Assembly: GCA_964495685.1 (NCBI GenBank)
Contig: CAZBVQ010000001.1
Location: 233,521 to 297,520, forward strand
Length of the DNA: 64,000 nucleotides
Reading direction: 5' to 3'
DNA from: an uncultured Candidatus Saccharibacteria bacterium
GTDB lineage: Bacteria; Patescibacteriota; Minisyncoccia; Phycocordibacterales; PALSA-1337
Shown: piece after piece, positions 54,843-64,000 of the stretch
Position numbering within the stretch: the first letter of the stretch is position 1
Layout: each line of letters starts with the position of its first letter
Notes under the pieces: model-generated
Told to the model about the DNA's origin: nothing
The model's database searches: none
Seen by the model: only the letters and a program-made list of their open reading frames with translations
Program-made: the position numbers and the translations under genes

Positions 54843-57170
54843 ATGCCGAAAAACAAAAAGGCCGCCACCAAAGTGGTAGGCAAAGCAGTTTCTGTCCCTA
54901 CAATTATTAAACGAGATGGTCGTATTGTGCCGTTCGATCTTACCAAGATCGCCAATGCGGTCTGGAAGGGCATGAATACTGTCAAAGAAGGTTCCACAGC
55001 TGATGCGCAGCTTATTGCTCAGCAGGTGTTCGCTGAGCTGCTACGCATCAAGCGCAAGTTTTCGAATTTCATCCCGACAGTTGAGGGTGTCCAAGACATT
55101 GTCGAGGCAGAATTGATGCGCTCTGATTACGTCAAGACCGCCAAGCATTACGTGCTGTATCGTGAGGAGCATGCCAAGAAGCGTGCACAGGGTATCGAGG
55201 TGCCCCCGCATGTCCGCAAGCTCGCCGCTGAGTCCAAGAAATATTTCCGCAACGCCCTCGGCGAGTTCGTGTACTATCGTACCTACTCGCGTTGGATGGA
55301 CAAGGAGGGTCGTCGTGAATCATGGATCGAGACAGTTGAGCGTTACATGAGTTTCATGCGCGAGAATCTCGGAGGCAAACTCAAAGATGCTGAATACAAG
55401 GAAGTTCGTGAAGCCATACTCAGTCAGGCAGCTATACCCTCGATGCGTCTTATTCAGTTTTCTGGAGAAGCTGCACGCAAAACCAATGTGTGTGCCTACA
55501 ACTGTTCATATATTGCACCCGAATCATTCCAAGATCTTTCTGAGATTATGTATATCTCGATGTGTGGTACGGGCGTGGGCTTCTCAGCTGAGAGCGCCAA
55601 CGTGCAGAAGTTTCCGCAACTCATGATTCAGACCGGCGAAAGTGTCGGTGTGCATGTGGTTGCAGATTCCAAGGAAGGTTGGTGCAATGCGTTCGTGCTC
55701 GGTGCGACTACCTGGGCTGCAGGCAAGGATATCACCTTCGATTTCTCACAAGTCCGTCCTCTCGGTGCACGTCTCAAGGTCATGGGTGGCAAAGCATCTG
55801 GTCCGGAGCCACTGCGTCGTCTCCTCGAATTCACTCGCAATACTATTTTTGCCCGCCAAGGCAAGCGCCTGCGCAATATCGATGTGCACGACATCGCGTG
55901 TATGATCGGTGAATGTATCGTCGCGGGAGGTGTTCGTCGTAGTGCTCTCATTTCACTCTCTGACCTCGATGATGTCGAGATTCGCGATGCCAAGAAAGGA
56001 GCATTCTACAACACTCACCCCCATCGTATGCTGGCCAACAACTCGGCCGTATATGTGAACAAGCCGACCACAGAGGAGTTCCTCAAGGAGTGGATGGCTC
56101 TCATCGAGAGCCGTTCGGGTGAACGTGGTATTTTCAATCGCGGCTCATTGGCCACCATGTTGCCAGAGCGCCGTATCAAAGTTTTGAGGCAGTACAAAGG
56201 CTACTTCGATGCCTCGGGTCAGCATGTCGTCGGTCCGATCGGTGTCAACCCGTGCGGCGAGATCATTCTCCAGTCCAAGCAGTTTTGTAATTTGTCAGAG
56301 GTTGTTGCTCGTGCCGAAGATACTGAGAAGACACTCATGAAGAAGATTCGCGTAGCTGCTATCCTCGGTACCTACCAGTCGATGCTCACCAATTTCCCGT
56401 ATCTTTCCAAGGAATGGAAAGAACATTGTGAGAAGGAGCGTCTACTCGGTGTGTCCATCACTGGTCAGTGGGATTGTCCGGTGGTCAGGAAGCCAGAAGT
56501 CATGAGGAAATTGCGTGACGAGGCCGTCAGGGTCAACAAGGAGTTCGCCAAGCGTTTCGGTATCAACGAATCAACCGCAGTGACCTGTGTCAAACCCTCA
56601 GGCAATGGATCGCAGACATTTGATTGTTCATCAGGCATGCACCCACGTCACGCCAAGTACTATATCCGCCGTGCCCGCATCGCTTCTACCGATGCACTCT
56701 TCCAGATGCTCAAAGATCAGGGTGTACCGTATTATCCAGAAGTCGGTCAGACCATGGAGAATGCTACGACCTTCGTACTCGAATTCCCGGTCAAAGCTCC
56801 GACTGGCACCACGGTTTTCAAGAACGATCTCAGTGCCATTGAACAGCTCGAATATTGGAAAATGGTCAAGCTCAATTTCACTGAGCACAATCCTTCAGTG
56901 ACAGTTTCGATCGGCAATGATGAGTGGCTCGAAGTCGGCAACTGGGTCTACAAGAATTGGGATATCGTTGGTGGCCTTTCATTCTTGCCACGTGAGGACC
57001 ATGTCTACAAACTTGCTCCGTATGAAGAGATTGATGAGAAGCGCTACAAAGAATTATCCAAGAGACTCGAGCATGTTGATTACTCCAAGATTCTTACCTA
57101 TGAGAAGCAGAATGAGACAGATCTCAAGAAGGAGTTGGCGTGTGTGAGTGGCGTGTGTGAGATTGTGTAG
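54843..57170 (+). CDS. nrdJ: Class II (B12-dependent) ribonucleotide reductase with ATP cone
   Basis: IIKRDGRIVPFD ATP cone; YNCS; GGVRRSA; NPCGEI; CNLSE; KPSG; C-terminal CVSGVCEI; no beta-subunit gene nearby. Confidence 0.92.
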   Translation: MPKNKKAATKVVGKAVSVPTIIKRDGRIVPFDLTKIANAVWKGMNTVKEGSTADAQLIAQQVFAELLRIKRKFSNFIPTVEGVQDIVEAELMRSDYVKTAKHYVLYREEHAKKRAQGIEVPPHVRKLAAESKKYFRNALGEFVYYRTYSRWMDKEGRRESWIETVERYMSFMRENLGGKLKDAEYKEVREAILSQAAIPSMRLIQFSGEAARKTNVCAYNCSYIAPESFQDLSEIMYISMCGTGVGFSAESANVQKFPQLMIQTGESVGVHVVADSKEGWCNAFVLGATTWAAGKDITFDFSQVRPLGARLKVMGGKASGPEPLRRLLEFTRNTIFARQGKRLRNIDVHDIACMIGECIVAGGVRRSALISLSDLDDVEIRDAKKGAFYNTHPHRMLANNSAVYVNKPTTEEFLKEWMALIESRSGERGIFNRGSLATMLPERRIKVLRQYKGYFDASGQHVVGPIGVNPCGEIILQSKQFCNLSEVVARAEDTEKTLMKKIRVAAILGTYQSMLTNFPYLSKEWKEHCEKERLLGVSITGQWDCPVVRKPEVMRKLRDEAVRVNKEFAKRFGINESTAVTCVKPSGNGSQTFDCSSGMHPRHAKYYIRRARIASTDALFQMLKDQGVPYYPEVGQTMENATTFVLEFPVKAPTGTTVFKNDLSAIEQLEYWKMVKLNFTEHNPSVTVSIGNDEWLEVGNWVYKNWDIVGGLSFLPREDHVYKLAPYEEIDEKRYKELSKRLEHVDYSKILTYEKQNETDLKKELACVSGVCEIV

Positions 57171-57211
57171 GGCAGTTGTCGTTTTGGATAAAACGTGGTA
57201 TACTAATATGA

Positions 57212-57603
57212 GCAGTACCAGACAACCACTCTTCATCTTTCGGGATGAGGGGAGGAAAGTCCGAACACTGGCATGGTGAGCGAGCGATCGTTCTCATCAT
57301 GCAGACAAGTAGCAGGTAACGCCTGTCAGGGTAATACCCAGAGGTGCGAACAGAGACGCTCGAGCCGAAAGGCGGAAGCTCCTCGCAAGAGGATGAACTC
57401 TTTGGCAACAAGGAGGTGCAACGGCAAAATCCTTACTTCAGTGCAAGACCGTGTCCTACGAAGCTCGCGATTTGCGAGTGTAGTAGGAAGAGTCGCTCGA
57501 GGTACACAGTGATGTGTATCCCAGATAAATGGTTGTCATCGGTCGCCTACGCTTGCTCCGCAAGCTACGGCGTACTGAAACATAATTCGGCTTATGGTAC
57601 AGC
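57212..57603 (+). ncRNA. rnpB: RNase P RNA
   Basis: gaggaaagtccg (P4 5'), tgcaacgg, gcaagacc, agataaatggttg, acataattcggcttat (P4 3'); P1 gtacca/tggtac; -10 tggtatact upstream. Confidence 0.93.
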
Positions 57604-57606
57604 ACA

Positions 57607-57634
57607 ACAAACCCCCGAGAAATCGGGGGTTTGT
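57607..57634 (+). terminator. rnpB terminator
   Basis: acaaacccccga-gaaa-tcgggggtttgt. Confidence 0.8.
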
Positions 57635-57761
57635 GTATCTAGGTATGAGTCCGATTAGTCGATGAGTTATCCGTGCACAATAATGGCGATGAGTGTTGGC
57701 ATTTATCAAATCGTTGATATAATGTTATGACACTATCAATTAATAGGGCACTACATTATTT

Positions 57762-60185
57762 ATGAATCAATCTCCAGTTCCTCCTCGTGCGGGGTCATCA
57801 TCTGACTCCGTGGTCACCAAGAAGTCATCTCGTCTCGAACGAGCTGCCTTCGCCTTGTTCATGTGCGCCATCATCGTGGCACCGATTGCAACCTCATTTA
57901 CTCCTTATGTGACGCCTGATGCATCGAAGAGCCTTGTTATTTCCCTTGGAGTTTTGTTGTCCGCCATATTGTATCTTATCGTCGCATTCAAGGAGCGTTC
58001 AGTAGTACTGCCGCCGAAGGGTATTTCGTGGTCTGCAGCACTCGTCGCTGTCTCATTGATTATATCTTCGCTCACAAGTACCCATGCCGCCAAGTCTCTT
58101 TTTGGTCAGGGATTTGAGTTGACGACAGTGAGTTTCGTACTAACGCTCATGGCTGCTCTCTGGGTGGGATATACAGCCGTACACCGTAGACCCGAACGTG
58201 CCTCTCTTATATTCCTAGGGATCATGGCGCCGTTCATTGTACTTGTCATATTGCACATTTCACGCTTCATCATCGGACCCTCTTTTATGTCACTCGGTGT
58301 TTTGTCGACACTCACTACGACGCTCGTCGGTAGTTGGTATGATCTGGCGGTATATGCGGGCATCGTCACGCTTCTTGCGATATCTGCTCGTGCGTGGCTT
58401 CCGCTCGGCAAGAGAGTCAGTTTATTGTATTGGGCTGTGGCGATCGTTGGTCTTATTGTTACATTTATCATAAATAGCTCACTCGTATGGGTTGCGATCT
58501 GTGTCGTGTTTGCTCTTATGTCACTTGGTTCGGTTATGTGGAATTATTCCTCATTTCGATCTCGATGCGCCGCTCTCATTAGATGGCCAGTGAACTTGTT
58601 TGTCGTTATGTTTCTTCTGTCAGGGGCTATGGCGGTGTGGGGCACTTCGTTGGCCGATCCATTCATCAAATCACTTAATGCGTCATACGGTACTATATCT
58701 CTACCCTGGCAGTTGACCTTGGATGTCGATGCTGATGTCATCAAACAGGCACCAGTGTTCGGTATAGGACCCAATCATTTTAGTCAGGCATATATTGCTT
58801 ACAAACCGACAGTTATCAACCAGACATATGCGTGGAACGCTGAGTTTAGTCACGCCTGGAGTTTGTTGACTACCTTCGTCGCTACTCAAGGATTATTCGG
58901 TACTCTTGCGTGGATATTGTTCCTCATTGCGGTCATCCGCGTATCTGTTCGTGGGACACGTCACGTCTCGACTTCGACTGATGCGTATGCACGATTTGTC
59001 ACCTACGCAGGGGCATCAGTGGTCGTGTTTACGTGGATTATACACGCCTGTTCAGTTTCTTCGCACACGATATTGTTGTATACATTCGTGGTCACTGGAT
59101 TGGCAGTCGCTGCATGTAGTCATTCGGGATCATGTTCGGCACTCGAGATATCGCCATCTTCCTCTACACGATCGAAGATCATGTCGGCATTATTGGTAGG
59201 GTGTACTGTTATCGGTATCGTGTGGGCGGTTATTGTTGTCAAGAATACCGTCGCGCTACATTACTTCGGATCTGGCATCAAATCGCTTACTATCGCCAAT
59301 AACTCTGTGGCCGCTGACGAAGCGTTTGCACGTGCGTACTGGCTCAATACATCGGATGTATATTTGCAGGCACGTGCCGAAGCGGGTATAGCGCGGGCGA
59401 CAGCTCTCATGGGTACGATCAGCTCCACTATGTCGGCGAGCTCATCGCAGGATGTGATCAATCAGGTATTCCAGACGATCAATACATCAGTCAAATATGC
59501 ACAAGCGGCGATCGCATATGATCCAAGTAATTATTACAACTACCTCTCTGAAGCTCGCGTGTCAGAACTGGCTACGAGTGTACGTATGGACAAAGCATAT
59601 GACAATACTATTGCTTCGTATGTAGCGGCTATTCAGCGTAATCCGTACAACCCGTCACTGTATCTCACCATGGCTCAGTTCCAGATTTCTCAGAATAAGT
59701 TGGATGACGCAGTACGCACTCTCGGCGCCGCACTCCAGGTCAAGAGTGATTATCTTGATGCAATCTTCATACTATCACAGGTCGCTGCTGCTCGTGGCAA
59801 CCTACGTGATGCTATCACTGCCGCTCAAGTCGCCGTACAGCTCAATCCGCAAAACCCACTTTATTTCTTCCAATTGGGACTCTTGCGGTATAATAACAAG
59901 GAGTATGCAGCTGCAGCCGAGGCATTGCAGATGGCTGTTCAGTTGCGAGCCGATTATGCCAACGCACGCTATTTCTTGGGCCTTTCGTATGCTCGGCTCA
60001 ATGAGACGGCACGTGCCACAGAACAATTCGAGTATTTGGCGACGACCAATCCTGACAATCAAGAAGTCCTCTTCATTCTGACGAACTTACAATCGGGCAG
60101 GTCACCATTTGCTGATGCCAAACCACCAGTGACGCCGACGCCAGAAAAACGCAAAACATTGCCTATTAAAGAAAAGAAGAAATAA
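57762..60185 (+). CDS. Polytopic membrane protein (O-antigen ligase-like) with C-terminal TPRs
   Basis: About 12 TM helices; PVFGIGP..F and QGLFG Wzy_C-like motifs; TPR repeats (YANARYFLGL). Confidence 0.85.
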   Translation: MNQSPVPPRAGSSSDSVVTKKSSRLERAAFALFMCAIIVAPIATSFTPYVTPDASKSLVISLGVLLSAILYLIVAFKERSVVLPPKGISWSAALVAVSLIISSLTSTHAAKSLFGQGFELTTVSFVLTLMAALWVGYTAVHRRPERASLIFLGIMAPFIVLVILHISRFIIGPSFMSLGVLSTLTTTLVGSWYDLAVYAGIVTLLAISARAWLPLGKRVSLLYWAVAIVGLIVTFIINSSLVWVAICVVFALMSLGSVMWNYSSFRSRCAALIRWPVNLFVVMFLLSGAMAVWGTSLADPFIKSLNASYGTISLPWQLTLDVDADVIKQAPVFGIGPNHFSQAYIAYKPTVINQTYAWNAEFSHAWSLLTTFVATQGLFGTLAWILFLIAVIRVSVRGTRHVSTSTDAYARFVTYAGASVVVFTWIIHACSVSSHTILLYTFVVTGLAVAACSHSGSCSALEISPSSSTRSKIMSALLVGCTVIGIVWAVIVVKNTVALHYFGSGIKSLTIANNSVAADEAFARAYWLNTSDVYLQARAEAGIARATALMGTISSTMSASSSQDVINQVFQTINTSVKYAQAAIAYDPSNYYNYLSEARVSELATSVRMDKAYDNTIASYVAAIQRNPYNPSLYLTMAQFQISQNKLDDAVRTLGAALQVKSDYLDAIFILSQVAAARGNLRDAITAAQVAVQLNPQNPLYFFQLGLLRYNNKEYAAAAEALQMAVQLRADYANARYFLGLSYARLNETARATEQFEYLATTNPDNQEVLFILTNLQSGRSPFADAKPPVTPTPEKRKTLPIKEKKK

Positions 60186-60194
60186 GCATCATCA

Positions 60195-61874
60195 ATGGTC
60201 AAGAAGTGGTTCTCAGTGATTGGCAAAGAGATACGTGGTCTCCATGAGGCCGCGTATCTTCTCGCTGGATTCGCTTTCTTGTCACAGATACTGGCATTGG
60301 TTCGCGACAAACTTCTCGCCTATAGTTTCGGTGCGGGCCATGCGCTCGATGTATACTATGCCGCATTCCGTATCCCTGATCTGATTTTCGTCTCGATCGG
60401 ATCACTTGTATCGGCTTCAATTCTCTTGCCGTTCTTCATCGAACGTTTCAATAAGGGTAGGGGGGATGGCACCACGTTTTCGGATTCAATTTTCACGGTG
60501 TTCTTCGCTGCTATGGTAGTCACGAGTGTCATCGCCTATTTCTTGGTCCCCAAACTCATTCCGATACTGCTTCCTGGTTTCGCCAACGACCCATCTCTGG
60601 CCGATTTGATCCTGTCATCACGCATCATGCTCTTCTCGCCGTTCCTGTTGGGGTTGTCAAACCTGTTCTCCAGTGTCACGCAGATGCACCGCAGATTCCT
60701 TGTCTATGCAGCGAGCCCGCTCTTTTACAATGTGAGTATCATCGTCGGTATCGTGGCATTCTATCCGGTATTCGGTATTTCAGGGCTAGCTATCGGTGTC
60801 GCGCTCGGCGCATTCCTTCATATGGCTATCCAGATACCATTCATGGCGCAGACGCATCTCTTGCCACGTTTTACCTTCACGATTGATTGGCGCCATATCA
60901 AGAAGGCGGTCTTGCTATCTTTGCCACGTACGGTGACGATGTCGGCCAACCAACTCTCGACATTTTTCCTCACCGCGCTGGCGTCTCTCATGAGCAAGGG
61001 TTCGATCGCGGTATTCACACTTTCATTCAATCTTCAATCAGTGCCGCTCACTATCATCGGTTCTAGTTATTCGTCGGCTGTGTTTCCTGAACTGTCTCAA
61101 CTCTACATCGAAGGCAAAACAGCAGAATTTCTGAGCAAGATGATTGCCGCAGCACGCCATATCGTCTTTTGGTCGACCCCGATCATGGTTCTTTTTATTG
61201 TACTTCGTGCGCAGATCGTGCGTACGGTCCTCGGTGCTGGTCAGTTTGATTGGGCTGATACACGTCTCACGGCAGCATCGTTGGCACTATTCATGATATC
61301 GGTGATAGGGCAGAGCCTGATCGTCCTCTTCGTGCGTGCATTCTATGCTGAAGGCAAGACGACCAAGCCGCTCCTCATCAATATTATTTCTTCGGTATTC
61401 ATTGTGGTGTGTGGGTATGTACTCACGAAGGCCTTTTTCGCTTTTCCATTGTTTCGTATGTTCCTCGAAGAGTTACTCAAGGTCAGTGGTCAACCAGGTA
61501 CAAGTGCTATCGTGCTCGCGCTAGCGTATTCGGTTGGTGTACTCTTGAATACCGTATTGCATTGGTGGATGTTCGCCAAGAAATTCAAAGGATTTACCAA
61601 ACCCGTTCTTGAGACGTTGTATCATTCATTTTCCGCCTCGATCATCATGGGGTACGTGGCCTTCTGGGGATTGCGCCTCTTCGCTGAATTATTCCCGTTG
61701 ACCAAGGTCTGGGGTGTCTTCTTGCAAGGATTCTGTGCTGGTATCATCGGTCTTGTCGCTGGAGTCGTTGTTTTGCGTCTTCTCAAGAATCAGGAACTCA
61801 ACGAAGTATGGGTCACCTTGCATCGCAAGATCTGGAAGGCCAAAGTTCCTCCTGCGGAAGTGGAGCATATGTAG
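60195..61874 (+). CDS. murJ: Lipid II flippase
   Basis: SQILALVRD..FGAG..LDVYYAAFRIPD, PLFYN. Confidence 0.92.
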   Translation: MVKKWFSVIGKEIRGLHEAAYLLAGFAFLSQILALVRDKLLAYSFGAGHALDVYYAAFRIPDLIFVSIGSLVSASILLPFFIERFNKGRGDGTTFSDSIFTVFFAAMVVTSVIAYFLVPKLIPILLPGFANDPSLADLILSSRIMLFSPFLLGLSNLFSSVTQMHRRFLVYAASPLFYNVSIIVGIVAFYPVFGISGLAIGVALGAFLHMAIQIPFMAQTHLLPRFTFTIDWRHIKKAVLLSLPRTVTMSANQLSTFFLTALASLMSKGSIAVFTLSFNLQSVPLTIIGSSYSSAVFPELSQLYIEGKTAEFLSKMIAAARHIVFWSTPIMVLFIVLRAQIVRTVLGAGQFDWADTRLTAASLALFMISVIGQSLIVLFVRAFYAEGKTTKPLLINIISSVFIVVCGYVLTKAFFAFPLFRMFLEELLKVSGQPGTSAIVLALAYSVGVLLNTVLHWWMFAKKFKGFTKPVLETLYHSFSASIIMGYVAFWGLRLFAELFPLTKVWGVFLQGFCAGIIGLVAGVVVLRLLKNQELNEVWVTLHRKIWKAKVPPAEVEHM

Positions 61875-61929
61875 ATAACCTTTGTAAAAGGGCCTCTTTC
61901 TGCTATATTGCCTGTACTTCATTTACGTC

Positions 61930-63771
61930 ATGAACCCCGCCCATATCCGCAATTTCTCCATCATCGCTCACATCGACCACGGCAAGTCTACGCTTGCTGA
62001 TCGTTTGCTTGAAATTACCGGCACCATCGAAAAGCGCAAAATGCAGGATCAGGTGCTCGATAGTATGGAGCTGGAACGTGAACGTGGTATTACCATCAAG
62101 ATGCAGCCAGTGAGGATGAAGTGGCGAATTTCCGCGTTAGGCGGAAATTCGGTTACCGGCCAGCAGGACGGTAACTCTTCAGAAGAATATATTCTGAACC
62201 TCATCGACACCCCGGGTCACATCGACTTCTCGTACGAAGTCTCTCGCTCTCTCAAGGCTGTCGAGGGATCAATTTTGCTTGTTGATGCTACTCAAGGTGT
62301 ACAGGCCCAGACACTCACTACACTCAACATGGCGCGCGAAGCTGGCCTTACTATTATTCCTACCGTAAGTAAGATTGATTCACCGCTCGCGCGTACCGAT
62401 GAGGTTGTTGCCGAAGTGTGCCAACTTCTCGAATGTTCTCCCGATGATATTCTCAAAGTTTCCGGCAAAACAGGAGAGGGTGTTGAGCATCTTCTGAATG
62501 AAGTTATCAGACGTGTTCCAGCACCGACAGCACCTGACGTCACTGATGAATTCCGCTCACTTATTTTCGATTTCCAATATTCCAACCATACAGGCGTCAT
62601 CGTCTATACTCGTGTCATGAATGGTAAAGCTGGACGCCATGAGAAATTGAAATTCAAGATTGCTGACAAAGTGTTCGAGCCTATTGAGGTCGGTATTTTC
62701 GCTCCCGCCAACACACCTACGGAGAAACTGGGTGCAGGTGAGATAGGCTATATTGTTACTGGGATCAAGGAGCCGGGCATCGCCTCAGTCGGTGACACCA
62801 TCTCCTCACTCAAAGACACCTTGCCACCCCTCGAAGGGTACAAGAGCCCGCGACCGGTGGTCTGGGCTTCGATCTATCCAGAAAGTCAGGACAATCTGTC
62901 CCTGCTCAGACAAGCACTGGGCCGATTGCGCCTATCGGATTCATCATTTACCTACGAAGAAGAAGCCTCAGGCACGCTGGGCAAAGGGTATCGTTGTGGC
63001 TTCCTCGGCATGCTCCATATGGAAATTGTCACCGAACGTCTGCGTCGCGAATTCAATCTCGAGCTTGTTGTCACGCATCCGAGCATTACCTACACAATTG
63101 AGATGAAAAATGGCAAGAAGAGTACGGTCTACTCGCCATCACTTTTTCCTGACGAAAATGAGATTGCTTCCATTTCAGAGCCGATTGTGACTATGAAGAT
63201 TATTACGCCGCCAGCATATCTGAGTGGTCTGATGAAATCAATGTACGAACATGAGGCGGAAGTTATCGGTACCGAAAATTTTGGTGATAACCGTACACTC
63301 CTCACCATGCGTATGCCACTCCGTGAATTGATGCGTAATTTCTTCGATGAGGTCAAAAGTATCTCCTCGGGATATGCGTCTATTTCATATGATATTACCG
63401 AAAATCGTCCGGCTGACGTGGTCCGCATGGATGTTCTGGTGGCCGATGAGCCAGTGGTTGCCTTTGCCCGTGTCGTCTCTCGCCGTCGTGCCGAACAAGA
63501 AGCCGAAGAAACGGTTGAGAAACTCTACAAGATCATGCCGCGCGAGCTTTTCACCTACAAGATTCAATCCAAAGCCCTTGGTCGTATTATTTCGTCCCGT
63601 TCTATTTCTGGCAAGAAAAAGGACGCCGCCGGCACCCTTTCTGGTGGAGATATTACACGCAAAATGAAACTTCGTGAGAAGCAGAAAGAAGGCCGTAAGC
63701 GCCTCAAGGAACATGGTTCGGTGACGATTCCACAAGATGTGTTTGTGAAGATGATGAGGGCGGGCGAATAA
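61930..63771 (+). CDS. lepA: Elongation factor 4
   Basis: IRNFSIIAHIDHGKSTLADRL, LIDTPGH, RCGFLGMLH, GGDITRKMKL. Confidence 0.97.
   Translation: MNPAHIRNFSIIAHIDHGKSTLADRLLEITGTIEKRKMQDQVLDSMELERERGITIKMQPVRMKWRISALGGNSVTGQQDGNSSEEYILNLIDTPGHIDFSYEVSRSLKAVEGSILLVDATQGVQAQTLTTLNMAREAGLTIIPTVSKIDSPLARTDEVVAEVCQLLECSPDDILKVSGKTGEGVEHLLNEVIRRVPAPTAPDVTDEFRSLIFDFQYSNHTGVIVYTRVMNGKAGRHEKLKFKIADKVFEPIEVGIFAPANTPTEKLGAGEIGYIVTGIKEPGIASVGDTISSLKDTLPPLEGYKSPRPVVWASIYPESQDNLSLLRQALGRLRLSDSSFTYEEEASGTLGKGYRCGFLGMLHMEIVTERLRREFNLELVVTHPSITYTIEMKNGKKSTVYSPSLFPDENEIASISEPIVTMKIITPPAYLSGLMKSMYEHEAEVIGTENFGDNRTLLTMRMPLRELMRNFFDEVKSISSGYASISYDITENRPADVVRMDVLVADEPVVAFARVVSRRRAEQEAEETVEKLYKIMPRELFTYKIQSKALGRIISSRSISGKKKDAAGTLSGGDITRKMKLREKQKEGRKRLKEHGSVTIPQDVFVKMMRAGE
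62125..62175. repeat. Two in-frame hairpins inside lepA
   Basis: cgaatttccgc-gttag-gcggaaattcg (11 bp) and gttaccg...cggtaac (7 bp). Confidence 0.65.
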
Positions 63772-63876
63772 AAACTCACACAAAAACAAAGCCTCCTACG
63801 TCGCCTGCGGGCGCTAATCGCTGGCTACCCATCCTCGGCGCACTACGGAGGCTTTGTTTTTGTGTGAGTTTTTATT
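63767..63876. repeat. Long hairpin element with conserved loop core (copy A)
   Basis: 30-bp perfect inverted arms 63767-63796/63847-63876; loop gcgctaatcgctggctac. Confidence 0.8.
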
Positions 63877-63990
63877 TTACCTCCAGAATGGAACGTAGAG
63901 CAAGATCATGCTGATGATGACCAGGATGGAGACAACGATGGTGGTAATACGTAGAAACTTCTGTGATTTTTGATGGAATAACAATGACAT
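63877..63990 (-). CDS. 37-aa single-pass membrane protein (not in the ORF track)
   Basis: MSLLFHQKSQKFLRITTIVVSILVIISMILLYVPFWR. Confidence 0.55.
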   Translation of the reverse strand: MSLLFHQKSQKFLRITTIVVSILVIISMILLYVPFWR

Positions 63991-64000
63991 AGTGGATGTA

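Noticed and set aside
57124-57658. Short ORFs overlapping rnpB
   Set aside because: The region is explained by the RNase P RNA; the peptides have no protein-like features.

Overview
This 64 kb window looks like a Patescibacteria (CPR, Parcubacteria-like) chromosome. This is inferred from gene content (short archaeal-type AspRS, class II RNR, stand-alone SWIB protein, cohesin-domain and type IV pilin surface proteins, ECF sigma-MacAB operon), standard genetic code and few Shine-Dalgarno sites. The first ~10.5 kb is a visibly AT-richer accessory or prophage-remnant region with a ParB-DNA methyltransferase, a phage-type HTH protein, DUF5677-like and nuclease-like genes and orphans. The rest is mostly housekeeping and stress genes (ndh, ABC-F, PIF1 helicase, DEAD helicase, msrA/B, aspS, nrdJ, rnpB, murJ, lepA) interrupted by self-contained orphan cassettes. 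I found no CRISPR array, tRNA, rRNA, integrase, transposase or reverse transcriptase. The most interesting signals are non-coding or not explained by the ORF track: (1) a three-way-junction RNA at 210-339 whose single-stranded loop is complementary to sites both upstream and just before the next start codon, as in P4 CI / P1 C4 antisense control; (2) two long hairpin elements (54368-54468, 63767-63876) with unrelated arms but a shared loop core; (3) a dispersed 19-bp palindrome family (7 copies, one REPIN-like doublet, one read in frame inside a gene), plus other in-frame hairpin insertions in the PIF1 helicase and LepA; (4) an orphan gene ending in a strongly adenine-depleted segment resembling a DGR variable region; (5) an unannotated 34-aa very basic protein; (6) a duplicated divergent-promoter module; (7) pervasive leaderless-type promoters. 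All protein calls come from motif recognition by eye; no database search was run.
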